From: an uncultured Bacteroidales bacterium
GTDB taxonomy: Bacteria; Bacteroidota; Bacteroidia; Bacteroidales; UBA10428
Length of the DNA: 64,000 nucleotides
Reading direction: 5' to 3'
Assembly: GCA_963790105.1 (NCBI GenBank)
Contig: CAWBNI010000042.1
Coordinates: forward strand, 27,235-91,234
Shown: positions 40,204 to 50,312 of the stretch, piece after piece
How positions within the stretch are numbered: the stretch's first letter is position 1
How the letters are laid out: each line of letters opens with the position of its first letter
The notes under the pieces: model-generated
Told to the model about the DNA's origin: nothing
What the model saw: only the letters and a program-made list of their open reading frames with translations
The model's database searches: none
Program-made: the position numbers and the translations under genes

Positions 40204-41513
40204 ATGAAAACAATTGTAACAAACATGAGTAAGGGCCTGGCCATGATGCTGCTGGTTTTCTCAATCACCGCCATGCAAGCCAAAGGTTCAGTTTTTAGCC
40301 ATTCAAGGGCTGCAAAGGATACAGCTTTCCGCACATTTACCGGTAAGGTAATTGATAACACCACTAAAAAACCAGTCGTATTTGCCAACGTATATCTCAT
40401 CGGAAGTAGTCTGGGAACCGTAACAAACGCCGAAGGAGAATTTGTGTTAAAGGTTCCGGTAACTGAATTAGACCGTAAAGTGGGCTTTTCCTACCTGGGA
40501 TATAACAACATGGTGGTAGCGCTGGCCGATATGAAGGAAAAGGACAATGTAGTGAAACTTGAGACTTCCGCCGTATCGCTCGATGCAGTTGTTATCCGTA
40601 CAGATGATCCGGTTGATTTGCTCAATATGGCCTTCAGGAAAATCAGCGAGAACTATAAGAGTGATCCTGAAATGCTTATCGGCTTTTACAGGGAAACAGT
40701 AAAACAGAACAAGAGTTACGTTGCAGTTGCAGAGGCAGTGCTGGATGTTTACAAGTCTTCGTATAACAGCATGATTGACTATGACAGGGTACAGATTTAT
40801 AAAGGCCGTAAAAGCCAGGATGTTAAGAAAATGGATACCCTGATGTTCAAACTGCAGGGTGGTCCCAGGACAAGCTTTCTGCTTGATGTTGTGAAGAATC
40901 CGGGTGAATTGCTGTCAGAAGATTATCTTGAGAACTACAATTTCAGGTTTGCAGGTTTTGCATACCATTGATGGCAGGGACAACTATGTGATTGAATTTG
41001 ACCAGAAGCAAAATGTTGAATTGCCGCTGTACAAGGGCCGCATTTATCTCGATACCAAGAATATGGCCTTTGCCCGACTGGAATTCTCCCTGAGTGATAA
41101 AGCACTTGTGCTGGCCAGCAGCGACCTTGTTCGCAAAAAACCCATGGATTTGAAGGGTTGACGTTCTGGGAGCTGACTACCTGGTTAACTACAGGGTGCT
41201 GAATGATAAATGGTATCTGAATCATGTGAGATCAGAACTTACCTTCCGCTGCAACTGGAAAAAGAAACGTTACAATTCAACCTATACCACAGCGCTCGAA
41301 ATGGCAGTAACTGACAGGGATACGATCAATATCAACAAGTCGAGATACAAAGATCAGTCAAAATCATCGGATATATTTGCCGACAAGGTTAATTCATACA
41401 AGGATGAAAACTACTGGGGAGAATACAACTACATCAAACCCGATGAATCGATAGAATCGGTCATCAACAAGCTCAACAGGAAACTTAAATGGAAAGCAAT
41501 CGGAGAAAACTAA
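40204..41513 (+). pseudogene. CarboxypepD_reg-like domain protein with ~330-aa uncharacterised C-terminal region (2 frame interruptions); paralogue of 43275-44895
   Basis: Signal peptide MKTIVTNMSKGLAMMLLVFSITAMQA. Carboxypeptidase-regulatory-like domain FTGKVIDNTTKKPVVFANVYLIGSSLGTVTNAEGEFVLKV. The C-terminal region aligns by eye with the STN protein (GFYRE..., YKGRIYLD/YKGRILLD, YWGEYNYI/FWGEYNFI). Confidence 0.6.
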
Positions 41514-41663
41514 TCCATATATGATCATCATCCCCCTGGACTACCGTCTTAATAAAAGGCAAAATGGGACAGGGGGGTGATTTATTTAAGAAGCAAACAT
41601 GGAAAATAAAGATGATAATTGTAGATTTACGATCCTTGAAAAGATGATAAAAAACAACCGTCG

Positions 41664-42209
41664 ATGATTGTACAGGCCGAAACGGTAACCATGGGTCAGA
41701 TCTCACTCGGAAATCTGAAAGCATACGAAATGTTGTTCAGGCAATATTACCAGATGCTTTGCAGCTATTCCCTTAAATTTGTGGGTGATCCTGATGTGGC
41801 CGAAGAAATTGTGCAGGATCTTTTTTACACACTGTGGGAAAAAAGAATGGAACTGCAGATCAATACTTCGGTGAAATCCTACCTGTTTTCAGCCGTACAT
41901 AACCGGTGCCTGAAATTCATAGAACACCGTAATGTGGAACAAAAATACAGGAGCTATTACCTTCAGCATGAATCGGAAATTGACAGTGAACCGTTTGATT
42001 CAGCCAATGTGGGTGAGATGCAGCAGATTATTAATCAAACATTGGATTCACTGCCCGAAAGATGCGGAAGAATTTTCAGGCTGAACCGGTTTGAAGGACT
42101 TAAGTACCATGAAATTGCAAATAAGTTAAGTATTTCTGTAAAAACAGTAGAAGCCAATATGGGCAAGGCGCTTAAAGATTTTGCGCAAGAATTTGAAAGA
42201 GTTTGTTGA
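41664..42209 (+). CDS. RNA polymerase ECF-type sigma-70 factor
   Basis: Region 2 (AEEIVQDLFYTLWEKR) and region 4 HTH (LKYHEIANKLSISVKTVEANMGKAL). Followed by a FecR-type anti-sigma gene. Confidence 0.9.
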   Translation: MIVQAETVTMGQISLGNLKAYEMLFRQYYQMLCSYSLKFVGDPDVAEEIVQDLFYTLWEKRMELQINTSVKSYLFSAVHNRCLKFIEHRNVEQKYRSYYLQHESEIDSEPFDSANVGEMQQIINQTLDSLPERCGRIFRLNRFEGLKYHEIANKLSISVKTVEANMGKALKDFAQEFERVC

Positions 42210-42230
42210 AGTAGCATAATACAATACGAT

Positions 42231-43243
42231 ATGTTCACCAAAAGTAAAACAGATTGGGGCCTTCTGGCCAAGTATCTCGCAGGAGAAACCAATGAGAAGG
42301 AAAAGGCAGCCGTGGAAAAATGGCTTGGCCAAAGCGCGGAAAACCGTGCGGAATTTGGAAAATTAAGATCAGACTGGAAGATAATGGAAAGTATGAAACA
42401 ATTTGATGTAGATAATGCATGGAAAAAGCTCCATGGCAGGATTCTTGAAAATGAAGAACCTGTTCTGTCAGATAGCGGAAAAAGCGCTGATATGCATCGC
42501 CGGATATCATGGGGAACTCCGCTCCGGATTGCAGCATCCCTGTTGTTGTTGATTGCCCTCGGTGCTTCTGTTGCAATTGCAGTCGGCAGGTTCCAGAAAG
42601 TGACAGTCACCACTTCCGCAAATGAACGGTTAAAGAATGTAACTCTTCCCGACGGTTCGACGGTGACGATGAATTCCAATACCACGCTGAGTTACATGAA
42701 ACATTTCCGTCGCAATACAAGGAATGTTAACATTAACCGGTGAAGCTTTCTTTGAAGTTACACCGGATAAATCCAGGCCCTTTATTATCCAGACTGATGA
42801 AGCTGACATAAGGGTAGTAGGAACCTCATTCAATGTGGATACCAGAGGAAGTTCTTCCACTGTTGGAGGTATATGTTTCTACGGGCATTGTGGAAGTATA
42901 TAAACCTGAAAGCAGGAATAACAGTGTCTTTCTTCATCCGGGTGAGATGGGAACGGTTTCAAACAAAATCATTCACAGCAAGAAAGCAAGCAATGAAAAT
43001 GCCATTGCCTGGAAAACAGGAAGAATGGATTTTCGTGATATTCCCTTGTCTGAAGCCGTTGAGATGTTGAATAAAATGTACAATGTGAATATCATCCTCA
43101 AAGAACCGGGATTAGCCTCAATTAGAACAGTGGGCGAATACAGGTATCCTGAAGAACCGCTGGATACAATCCTTCGGGTTTTTTGCCAACAAAATTTTCT
43201 TAGAATTGAAAAATCCGATAACAAGATATATCTTTCGAAATAA
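42231..43243 (+). pseudogene. FecR-family anti-sigma factor / transmembrane sensor (one frame interruption)
   Basis: N-terminal anti-sigma part plus TM (ORF 42231-42743: ...LLAKYLAGETNEKEKAAVEKWL...). FecR and C-terminal domain (ORF 42833-43243: ...IAWKTGRMDFRDIPLSEAVEMLNKMYNVNI...). Confidence 0.8.
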
Positions 43244-43274
43244 ATAGGCTGAAATCCTGGTTTATTTCGGAAAA

Positions 43275-44895
43275 ATGGAAATCTGTAAACAAAATATACC
43301 CTTTATAGGATCATCCATTCCCCTTTCAGATGATAAACATCACAATAAAACCTGCCGGAATTTCCGTGACAGGTTTTATTTGTTTTTGATCCTGTGCCTG
43401 ACGGGATTGCCGTTTGTTTCAGCCCAGGATTCCTTGCTGGTTCAGCATTTCACGGTTCCTGATACAACCTGTACGGTGGATGCAGCCATGCAATTGATAG
43501 AACAGCAAACCGGCCTGTCTTTTTCATATAATACGGATATCATCAACAAGAAGAAAGTCATCACCCTGCATGGCGGACCGGAATGAATTGATCCACATTC
43601 TTGAAAATACCTTTAACGATCCGCAGTTAAACTTCAGCATCATTGGACGCCATATTGTGGTTTACCAGACCCAGCGGACCCTCTCTGCCAATCCCGAAAG
43701 GCCCAGGGATTCGGTGTATTTTTTTGAGATCAGGGGAAGGGTGCTTGATAAATCGGATAAGCAACCCCTGCCTTATTCCAGTATTTATCTTTCAGGCAAA
43801 GCAATAGGAACTGTTACAAACGATAACGGGCAATTCCAGTTAAAACTGCCTTCGAAATACCTGGCTGATACGCTTATTGTTTCATGTATCGGATATAAGC
43901 GGATCAAGGCGCCGGTTTCAAGCTTCCTGAGTGAAGAAAAGGATTACCTGTTAAAACCTGATGTGATATCAATCCAGGAAGTGATCATCCGGAAAATCAG
44001 TCCGGTTAATCTGCTTCAGTCTGCCACAGAAGCGGTGTTTGAGAATTATCCCGACAAGCCGGCCATTCTCAATTCATTTTACAGGGAAATGATCAAAAAG
44101 GGAAGCCGTTATATGATGGTTTCAGAAGCTATTCTTGAAAACTATAAACCGGGCTATGACAGGACAGCAGCTTCTGACCAGGTTAAAATATCTGAAGGGA
44201 AGAAAAAGCCAGGATCCGGGAACAAAGGATACAGTGATCCTGAAACTGAAAGCCGGGCTGAATACAATGCTTCAGCTGGATGTGGTGAAAAACATGCCCG
44301 ATTTCTTAACCGGCGAAAATACGCAGGATTATGATTACAAAATGTCGGATATCGTTGTGGATAATGGAAGGGAACAATATGCCATTGAATTTTCACCTAA
44401 AAAAGGCTCGGAAAATATATTTTATAAGGGACGAATATTGCTCGATGTAAGGAATCTTGCTTTTACCTGGGTAGAATTTTATGTCGATCCGGAAAAGCTT
44501 GACATGGCAACGAAGAATTTTATTGTAAAGAAGCCTTCCTATATGAAGGTGAAAGTTCTGAAAGCCAGTTATAAAATTGCTTTCCGGTTGACAGGCAACA
44601 AGTATTACCTGCACATGATTGAATGTGAAACGGAATTCAGGATCAAGGACAGACATCAGATTCTCAGGATCGGTATATCATACAGGACTTGGAAATGGTT
44701 GTTACAGAAATTGATACCATAAATGCTGCCCGGTTCAAATTCAGGGAAACTGCCCGGTTAAATGAGTTTTTTACCGACCAGCTGGGCGCTTATGATGAGT
44801 CCTTCTGGGGGGAATATAATTTCATCAGTCCGGAAGAATCTTTGGAGCAGGCACTGGTTAAGCTGGCGAAGAAGAAAGTGACGAGTGACGAGTGA
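43275..44895 (+). pseudogene. STN-domain + CarboxypepD_reg-like protein lacking a TonB-dependent plug/barrel (about 3 frame interruptions)
   Basis: STN-like signalling domain (VDAAMQLIEQQTGLSFSYNTDIINKKKVIT...), then IRGRVLDKSDKQPLPYSSIYLSGKAIGTVTNDNGQFQLKL, then the same C-terminal region as 40204-41513. Total ~540 aa, too short for a SusC/FecA barrel. The last codons (KKVTSDE) come from the GTGACGA array. Confidence 0.6.
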
Positions 44896-45117
44896 CAAGT
44901 GACAATGTGCTAATGTGGCGAATGTGGTAGGATGTGCAAATGTGCTAATCGTGCCAATGCCATGTGCCAAAGGGCAATGTGCAAACTATGCCAACGTGCA
45001 AAACTGCAAGACTCATAAACTATATTTCTTATGTGCCATGGCAATGCCTTTGTGGCAATAACTGCAAAACTGCATAACTTCATAATCATAATTCATAATT
45101 CATAATTCTTAATTTCT
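44878..45117 (+). repeat. Continuous 240-bp chain of drifting short tandem arrays: GTGACGA, GTGACAA, TGTGCTAA/GTGCCAA, GTGCAAAAC, box, TGCAAAAC/TGCATAAC, CATAATT
   Basis: GTGACGA/GTGACAA 44878-44905. ATGTGC/GTGCCAA units 44904-45000. 10-bp palindrome TGCCATGGCA 45034-45043. Box TGCCTTTGTGGCAATAACTGCA 45045-45066. CATAATT units 45079-45117. Confidence 0.85.
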
Positions 45118-45154
45118 TATTTTTGTCTATCTTTAAATCAAATAAAGGCAGATC

Positions 45155-45767
45155 ATGGAAGACATTAGGGATGCGAATACAAGAGAATTCATCAGCACCG
45201 CATCTGATTTCTGCAAGTTAATGGAACAGGCTCCAAAGATGCGTACAGGTGAATTATTTAGCCAGTTACAGCAAATGTTACCGGTTATTTATGCCAAAAG
45301 CGCAAGATTATCCAAGCCAAAGTACTGTTATGAGGAGGAACCCAAAGAGGTTCGTTGGCGAGGAGGAATATGCCCGGGTACATGATGCAATACAGCAAAA
45401 AATTGAATTGTATTTTGGCATAACACAAATGTCGCCTGGCACGGGTCCCAGCCAGTTTGAGATCATGAGTTTCAGCATGGCTGAAGGATTTGCCGACCTG
45501 TACGAGCAACTGAAGAATTGTGTTAAACTTTATAATGTGGAAATTCCACAGGCAATGAATGATGCAATCTGGCTTTACTATGATAATTTTATAACAAGCC
45601 TGGGTTTAAAGTTAATTGAAAGTCTCAGATCACTTCACCAACTCCTTTACAGTAAAAGCACCGAGGGGTCACGTGCAATACAGGACAATGATTTTGAGCT
45701 GAATAGGGACGAGGAGGAACCCTGGTATTCCGATGATCAGGAGGAGGTATATGGAGATGATGAATGA
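45155..45767 (+). pseudogene. DUF5063-like protein (one frame interruption)
   Basis: ORFs 45155-45385 and 45249-45767 overlap in two frames. Acidic C-terminus. The family call rests on the remembered synteny DUF5063 / 3'-5' exonuclease / rRNA methyltransferase in Bacteroidales, so it is tentative. Confidence 0.45.
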
Positions 45768-46354
45768 AAATGGCTACTTCAAAGCCGTTGAAGATGAATA
45801 CATAAAATCACTCCCTGCTGGTAGTTTTTCAGGACAAGTTTTTGTGGTTGATCATCCCGGTATATTGAATGAAGTGCGGGATGCGCTGGACGGTAATTCT
45901 GTTCTTGGATTTGATACCGAGACCAAACCTTCGTTTAAAAAAGGGCGTTTTCACCAGGTTGCCCTGCTGCAGATTTCCACCCAGGACAAGGCATTTTTAT
46001 TCCGACTGAACAAGATACCCCTGCCTCCATTTGTAATTGATATCATGGAAGATCCTTCCATTGTGAAAGTGGGTGTGGCACTGAAAGATGACCTGAATGC
46101 ATTGATGAAGCTAACTCCCTTTAAACCCCAGGGATTTATTGATCTTCAGCAATTTGTAAAGCAATTTGGCATTGAAGACAACGGATTAAAAAAACTGGTT
46201 GCCAACATCCTGGGATTTCGCATTTCCAAGCGTTTTCAGACTTCCAACTGGGAACAGGAAGTATCTGGGACCCGAACAGCTTTGCTATGCCGCTACCGAT
46301 GCCTGGGCCTGCCACCAGATATATACATCCCTCATAAACAATTTAATCAATTAA
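45733..46354 (+). pseudogene. 3'-5' exonuclease domain protein (RNase D/DnaQ-like), C-terminal frame interruption
   Basis: Exo motifs (VLGFDTETKPSF..., ALLQIST...). After ...SNWEQE the frame must shift (~46265-46290) to give ...YAATDAWACHQIYTSLINNLIN, then TAA at 46352-46354 abutting the rlmI ATG. Start (45733/45751/45757) is uncertain. Confidence 0.7.
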
Positions 46355-47543
46355 ATGGAGCCATTCAGTCGCGTTATCCTGAAATCGGGGAAAGAACAAT
46401 CAATCAAGCGCCTTCATCCCTGGATTTTTTCAGGTGCCATAAAGAAAATCGAGGGAAAGCCGGCTGAAGGTGACACTGTGGAAATATTTTCCGGCACCGG
46501 AGAATACCTGGCAACCGGTCATTACCAGATAGGATCCATTGCAGTGCGGATTTATTCTTTTCACCAGGTCACTACCGGATTTTGATTTCTGGAGAATGAA
46601 ATTCAAGTCTGCCTTGGATTTGCGCACTACACTCGGACTCACTGATAATAAAGACACCAATGTATACCGGCTTGTAAACGGTGAAGGTGATGGCATGCCC
46701 GGTTTTATTGTCGATTATTACAATGGCATCGTGGTGATGCAAATGCATTCCGTTGGCATGTACCTTTTGAGGGAACAGCTGGCAGAGGTAATAAAGGCCT
46801 TGTATGGCGACAAATTACTGTCCATTTATGATAAAAGCGAGGGTACAATTCCTGTGAAAGCCGGGTTAGGGATCAAAAACAAGTTCATTTACGGTGATCA
46901 GTCCGTTATTGAGATCATTGAAAACGGCTGCCGTTTTTCAATCGATGTTATTTCCGGACAAAAAACAGGATTTTTTATTGATCAGCGTGAAAACCGCGAA
47001 CTTCTTACCCGGTACATCAAAGGCAAAGATGTGCTCAATATGTTTTGCTATACCGGAGGATTTTCGGTTTATGCCTTGCATGGCGGCGCTGCTTCGGTTG
47101 ATTCTGTTGATAGTTCGGCCCAGGCCGTGGAACTTACCAAACAGAATGTTAGCCTGAATCCTGAAGGTACCGGCAGGCATCAGACCTATATTGCCGATGC
47201 GTTTTCCTTTTTAAATGACATCGCTGATAAATATGATGTGATCATTCTCGATCCCCCTGCGTTTGCCAAGCATACCGATGCACTCGACAATGCACTGATG
47301 GCTTATAAACGGCTTAATGCCAAAGCAATTGAACAGATCAGGCCGGGAGGGATCATTTTTACATTTTCCTGTTCCCAGGTAGTGAACAGGGAGAATTTCA
47401 GGCGGTCGGTTTTTGTAGCCGCAGCCAATACCGGGCGCAATGTCAGGATACTTCATCAGCTTGTCCAGCCACCGGATCATCCCGTCAGCATCTTTCATCC
47501 CGAGGGGGAATACCTGAAGGGACTTGTGCTGCAGGTGGAATAG
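46355..47543 (+). pseudogene. rlmI: Class I SAM-dependent rRNA (cytosine-C5) methyltransferase, RlmI-like (one frame interruption)
   Basis: N-terminal PUA-like part (MEPFSRVILKSGKEQSIKRLHPWIFSGAI...) in ORF 46355-46585. Methyltransferase core (VLNMFCYTGGFSVYA..., ILDPPAF...) in ORF 46539-47543. Confidence 0.75.
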
Positions 47544-47783
47544 AGTGACAAGGGACAAGGGACTAGGGACAAGTCAGTTTGAATGTTGCCGAAGTCATCA
47601 CTTTGGGACACCAAAACAAATTTCGAAAATGTGAAAATGTAGACTAAGATTCAATTTGTAGAATCCTTTGTGCCTGTTGTGGCAGAAATATTCACGCCGA
47701 CTTTAGAACATTCGCTCAGAAGCCTGCAGAACCTGCAGAACTGCAGAACCTACTTGTTACTCGTCACCTGTCCCTTGTCACTC
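47543..47783. repeat. Mosaic element between convergent rlmI and MORN genes, with inverted heptamer arms
   Basis: Left arm GAGTGACAAGGGACAAGGGACTAGGGACAAGT (47543-47574). hp1 variant CCGAAGT-catc-ACTTTGG (47589-47606). Box variant CCTTTGTGCCTGTTGTGGCAGAAAT (~47665-47690). CTGCAGAA array 47722-47750. Right arm ACTTGTTACTCGTCACCTGTCCCTTGTCACTC (47752-47783), the inverted heptamer arm. Confidence 0.85.
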
Positions 47784-48223
47784 TTAACAAGTTCTCCTTT
47801 ATCGTACATCCCGCTCTGGCTGGTGCCATTAGCCCAGGTATATTTTCCCTGTCCCTGGAAAAGGTTATCCTTGAAGTAGCCGGTATATTTATCCCCGTTG
47901 GGATAGAAATAAATGCCATATCCGTTTTGAATTCCCTGTTCCCAGGCGCCTATATATTTTGATCCATCGGACCATATGTATGTGCCCTGGCCCTGGAATT
48001 TATCCTTTACCCACATGCCGTCATAGGAACTGCCGTCATTGCCCTTCAGCATGCCCCGGCCTTCTCTTAGTCCGTTCACAAAACCTCCTTCATAGGAAAA
48101 CCCGTTTGAATATCGATAGGTTCCCTTTCCATTTTCACAATTTCCATATACACATCCCTGCTTGTCCTGTGCATAGGCCATCACCGGTAAGAAGAAAATC
48201 AGGTAAAGAATCGTTCTTAGCAT
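47750..48223 (-). CDS. Secreted MORN-repeat protein (157 aa)
   Basis: Signal peptide MLRTILYLIFFLPVMAYAQ. About 6 MORN units (YEGGFVNGLREGRGM, YDGMWVKDKFQGQGTY, YIGAWEQGIQNGYGIY, YTGYFKDNLFQGQGKY). The last 9-10 codons (SDKGQVTSNK) are encoded by the heptamer arm. Confidence 0.8.
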   Translation of the reverse strand: MLRTILYLIFFLPVMAYAQDKQGCVYGNCENGKGTYRYSNGFSYEGGFVNGLREGRGMLKGNDGSSYDGMWVKDKFQGQGTYIWSDGSKYIGAWEQGIQNGYGIYFYPNGDKYTGYFKDNLFQGQGKYTWANGTSQSGMYDKGELVKSDKGQVTSNK

Positions 48224-48323
48224 TTCTTTTATTATTAAAATTGTATATGCTTTTACGCACGATTTTATTTATCAGTTACATCAAACCCTGAAATTATACC
48301 GTCATCCTGCATAAAATCTCCAA

Positions 48324-49894
48324 ATGAAAACCTACAACCAAGAAAATACCCGATCTGCTCTGGACAGGTCTCATCGCAATTTTTACACTTGTGGTGCATA
48401 TGGCCACATACAATACCCTGGGTTTTCACCGGGATGAACTGCTTTACCTTGCTCTGGGCAGGCATCTTGCCGCAGGATACTGGTCAAATCCGCCCTTAAT
48501 TGGATTTATAAGTTATTTTACGCAGCTTCTGCCGGGCAGTACACTCTTTACTTTGAGATTATTTCCTGCCCTGGCCGGTGCTTTGCTGATCATCATAACC
48601 GGACTGATGACACGGGAACTGGGTGGCAAAACCTATGCCCAGGTACTGGCCTGCATCTGCCCTGGCTGTTTCACTTCTTTTCATGCGTGCCTTTTCCATG
48701 TTCCAGCCTGTTTGCTTTGATATTCTGTTCTGGTCGCTTATTCTGTATGCCTTTTTGCGGTATATCAACACCGAAAAACCTGTATATCTGATCCTTGTCG
48801 GAGTGGCATTCGGTTTTGGCTTTCTGAATAAATACATGGTGATTTTCCTGGCAGCCGGACTGGCACTTGGCTGTCATACCCACACCATACCGAAGGCTGT
48901 GGATAAACAAGTATTCATGGTTGGCCATTCTCATTGCGCATGCTGTTGTTGCTTCCAAATATCATCTGGCAGTATATTCATGGTTTTCCGGTTCTGCATC
49001 ATATGAAGGAATTGAAGGAAACCCAGCTTGTGAATGTTAAGCGAATGAATATTGTTATGGATCAGATCCTGATGTTTACAATCAGCGCCCTGGTATGGGT
49101 GGCCGGGTTGATATGGCTGCTCAAATCGCTGAATGCCAAAAAATTCAGGGTATTCGGATATGCCTATGTGGCGATCATGCTTATCTTTCTATTCCTGCGC
49201 GGGAAAAGTTATTATATGGCAGGGCTTTATCCCATCCTGTTTGCAGCCGGTGGTGTTTCATGGGAAAAGTCGCTGAAAAGAACAGTTTCGCGGATACTCC
49301 TGGTTCTTTTTATTATTCTTCTCACCATCCCGATTCTGCCCGGTGCCATTCCATTTATGTCAGCTCCCAAGCTGGTTTCTTATTTCAGCAGGATTCCGCC
49401 TAAAATGGGCGGTGAGGCACTGGTTACGCTGGGAAGACGGTAAAATGCACCCGTTGCCGCAGGATTATGCGGATATGCTGGGCTGGGATGAACTGGGCAG
49501 CGTTGTGTTGAAAGCCTGTGATACCATTAAGGACAAAAAAAGTATCATGATTTACTGTGAAAATTATGGACAGGCCGGAGCGGTGGATTATTGCAACAGA
49601 TGTCACGGGCTGCCTGAAGTTATAAGTTTTGCAGATGCCTACCGGCTATGGGCACCGGATACGATCAGCAAAGCAAAGAATATCTTTTTGTATGTAAATA
49701 ATGAACTGGGTGGGGATGTGGATTCCCTTTTTGCAAATATTATAGTTGCAGGAAGCATCACAAATCCCTATGCGAGGGAAAAGGGAACTACTGTGTACAT
49801 GTGCCGCGAGCCAAGAGCGGACTTTCCGGCGTTTTGGAAGAGGAGGATGGAGGAGGTGAGAGGGGAGAGGGGAGAGGTGAGAGAGGAGAGGTGA
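48324..49894 (+). pseudogene. Glycosyltransferase family 39 (ArnT / dolichyl-phosphate-mannose-type membrane glycosyltransferase), frame interrupted at least 4 times
   Basis: ATG 48324 (MKTYNQE) shifts at the A4 run 48343-48346 to KIPDLLWTGLIAIFTLVVH...GFHRDELLYLALGRHLAAGYWSNPPL. Further polytopic segments lie in ORFs 48391, 48623, 48934, 49095 and 49343. The C-terminal tail (EEVRGERGEVREER) is translated from the purine-rich array. Confidence 0.7.
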
Positions 49895-50312
49895 GATATG
49901 AGTAGGGAGTAGTAAGAAGTAAGGAGTAAGGAGTAAGGAGTAGGGAGTAGGGAGTGAGGAGTAAGGAGTAATGGAGTGAGGAGTAGGAGTAATTCCTTTA
50001 GGGGTGAGACATTGGGGCGAATAATGAACAATGAGCAATGTGCCGAAGGCATCCCTTCGGGGAGAACTATTTGCAATTTGCAATATGCAATGTGAAAAGC
50101 AAATGTGCAATGTGCTAATGTGCAAATGTGCAAATGTGCTAATGTGCTAATGTGCAAATGTGCTGACTCAGTTATGCATAAACAAGGTACATATTACCCT
50201 GGAAGAATCAAATCACTGATTTGCAGTTACTGCCATTCACCATTCACCATTCACCATTCACTTTTTCAACCGCAGAACTACCTATCAACTATCAACCATC
50301 AACAATCAACTA
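49838..50312 (+). repeat. Largest composite mosaic region (~475 bp) with six array types and an hp1 copy
   Basis: GAGAGGG/GGTGAGA and GGAGTAA purine arrays 49838-49992. hp1 50023-50074, with stem CCGAAGG-catc-CCTTCGG at 50043-50060. AATGTGC-type array 50069-50165. CATTCAC array 50233-50261. CAATCAAC array 50283-50312, overlapping the CE15 stop. Confidence 0.85.
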
